This document shows positions 63,437 through 64,000 of a DNA stretch of 64,000 nucleotides, piece by piece (positions within the stretch are counted from its first letter, which is position 1; each line of letters opens with the position of its first letter). The notes below the pieces were generated by a model. The model made no database searches. It was not told where the DNA came from and worked only from the letters and a program-made list of their open reading frames with translations. The stretch comes from Raillietiella orientalis (lineage: Eukaryota), in contig JAYWIR010000015.1 of NCBI GenBank assembly GCA_036172245.1, forward strand, positions 1,116,001-1,180,000, written 5' to 3'. The position numbers were made by a program, and so were the translations under genes.

Positions 63437-64000
63437 CAGGGTAGCGAGCATGCTGGCGACTCGAAAGGGACTTTGGCGTAGCCCGAGATCGGTGGATCTC
63501 AGCAGGAGAGGACGAACCGCTTCCCTCCCTCCCTCCTCTTGCCTACCTCCCCCTCCTTATCACCCTCTCTTCTTCCTTCCTTCCTTCCTTTCTTCCTCGC
63601 TTCGCAGCCGCCGGTTCAGCGCGACGGCCTCTCCTGCCGCCAGCATCCGTCATCCACGGGTTTCCTGTGCTGCCCGCATGCTCCGCCGCCGTGAGGGCCC
63701 AACAAACGGGAAGCTTCGCGCTCCGTTTTCTTCCGTTTCCTCCCTCCCTCCCTCCTCCTCCTGTTCTGCTTCGCGGCATCCGTCGGCACGGGTTTCTTCC
63801 CTCTTCCTTTCTTGCTTCCTTGTCAGTCCCAGGAAACTCCCGTATGAAGACCAGCCCCGCAATGGTCTCTGGCTGGCGAGCGATCCCGCGCGCGCGCATT
63901 CCAGGCGGAAGGAAATGCGATGTGCGTCGTCCCGGGGATACGCAGCTGAGGGGAGAACGCAAAACCGATAATCCCGAGGGAAACAAGAAGAGGAGGGGAA

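Overview
Eukaryotic, repeat-dense 64 kb window with no intact protein-coding gene that I can recognise; the organism cannot be determined from the sequence. Most long ORFs in the track are GC-rich chance frames or frameshifted transposon debris. The window is mostly decayed retroelements: (i) many fragments of an L1/Tx1-clade-like non-LTR retrotransposon (ORF1 zinc knuckle, APE endonuclease, RT, C-terminal CxxC..H..C domain), with one near-full-length copy at ~42.5-46.1 kb and nine copies of a shared 3'-terminal motif; (ii) six copies of a ~0.8-1 kb repeat with a tRNA-like A/B-box head; (iii) two tyrosine-recombinase (DIRS/Ngaro-like) retrotransposon remnants; (iv) possible MITE and piggyBac ends, microsatellites and several perfect short hairpins. 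The best candidate for something new is repeat (ii). It looks like a tRNA-SINE, but its distal end is the antisense of a LINE ORF2 end plus 3'UTR, and one copy runs on ~0.5 kb into ORF2. It may therefore be a LINE subfamily whose 3' end carries an inward-facing Pol III promoter. All calls come from motif reading and by-eye alignment; boundaries are approximate (tens of bp) unless stated as exact.
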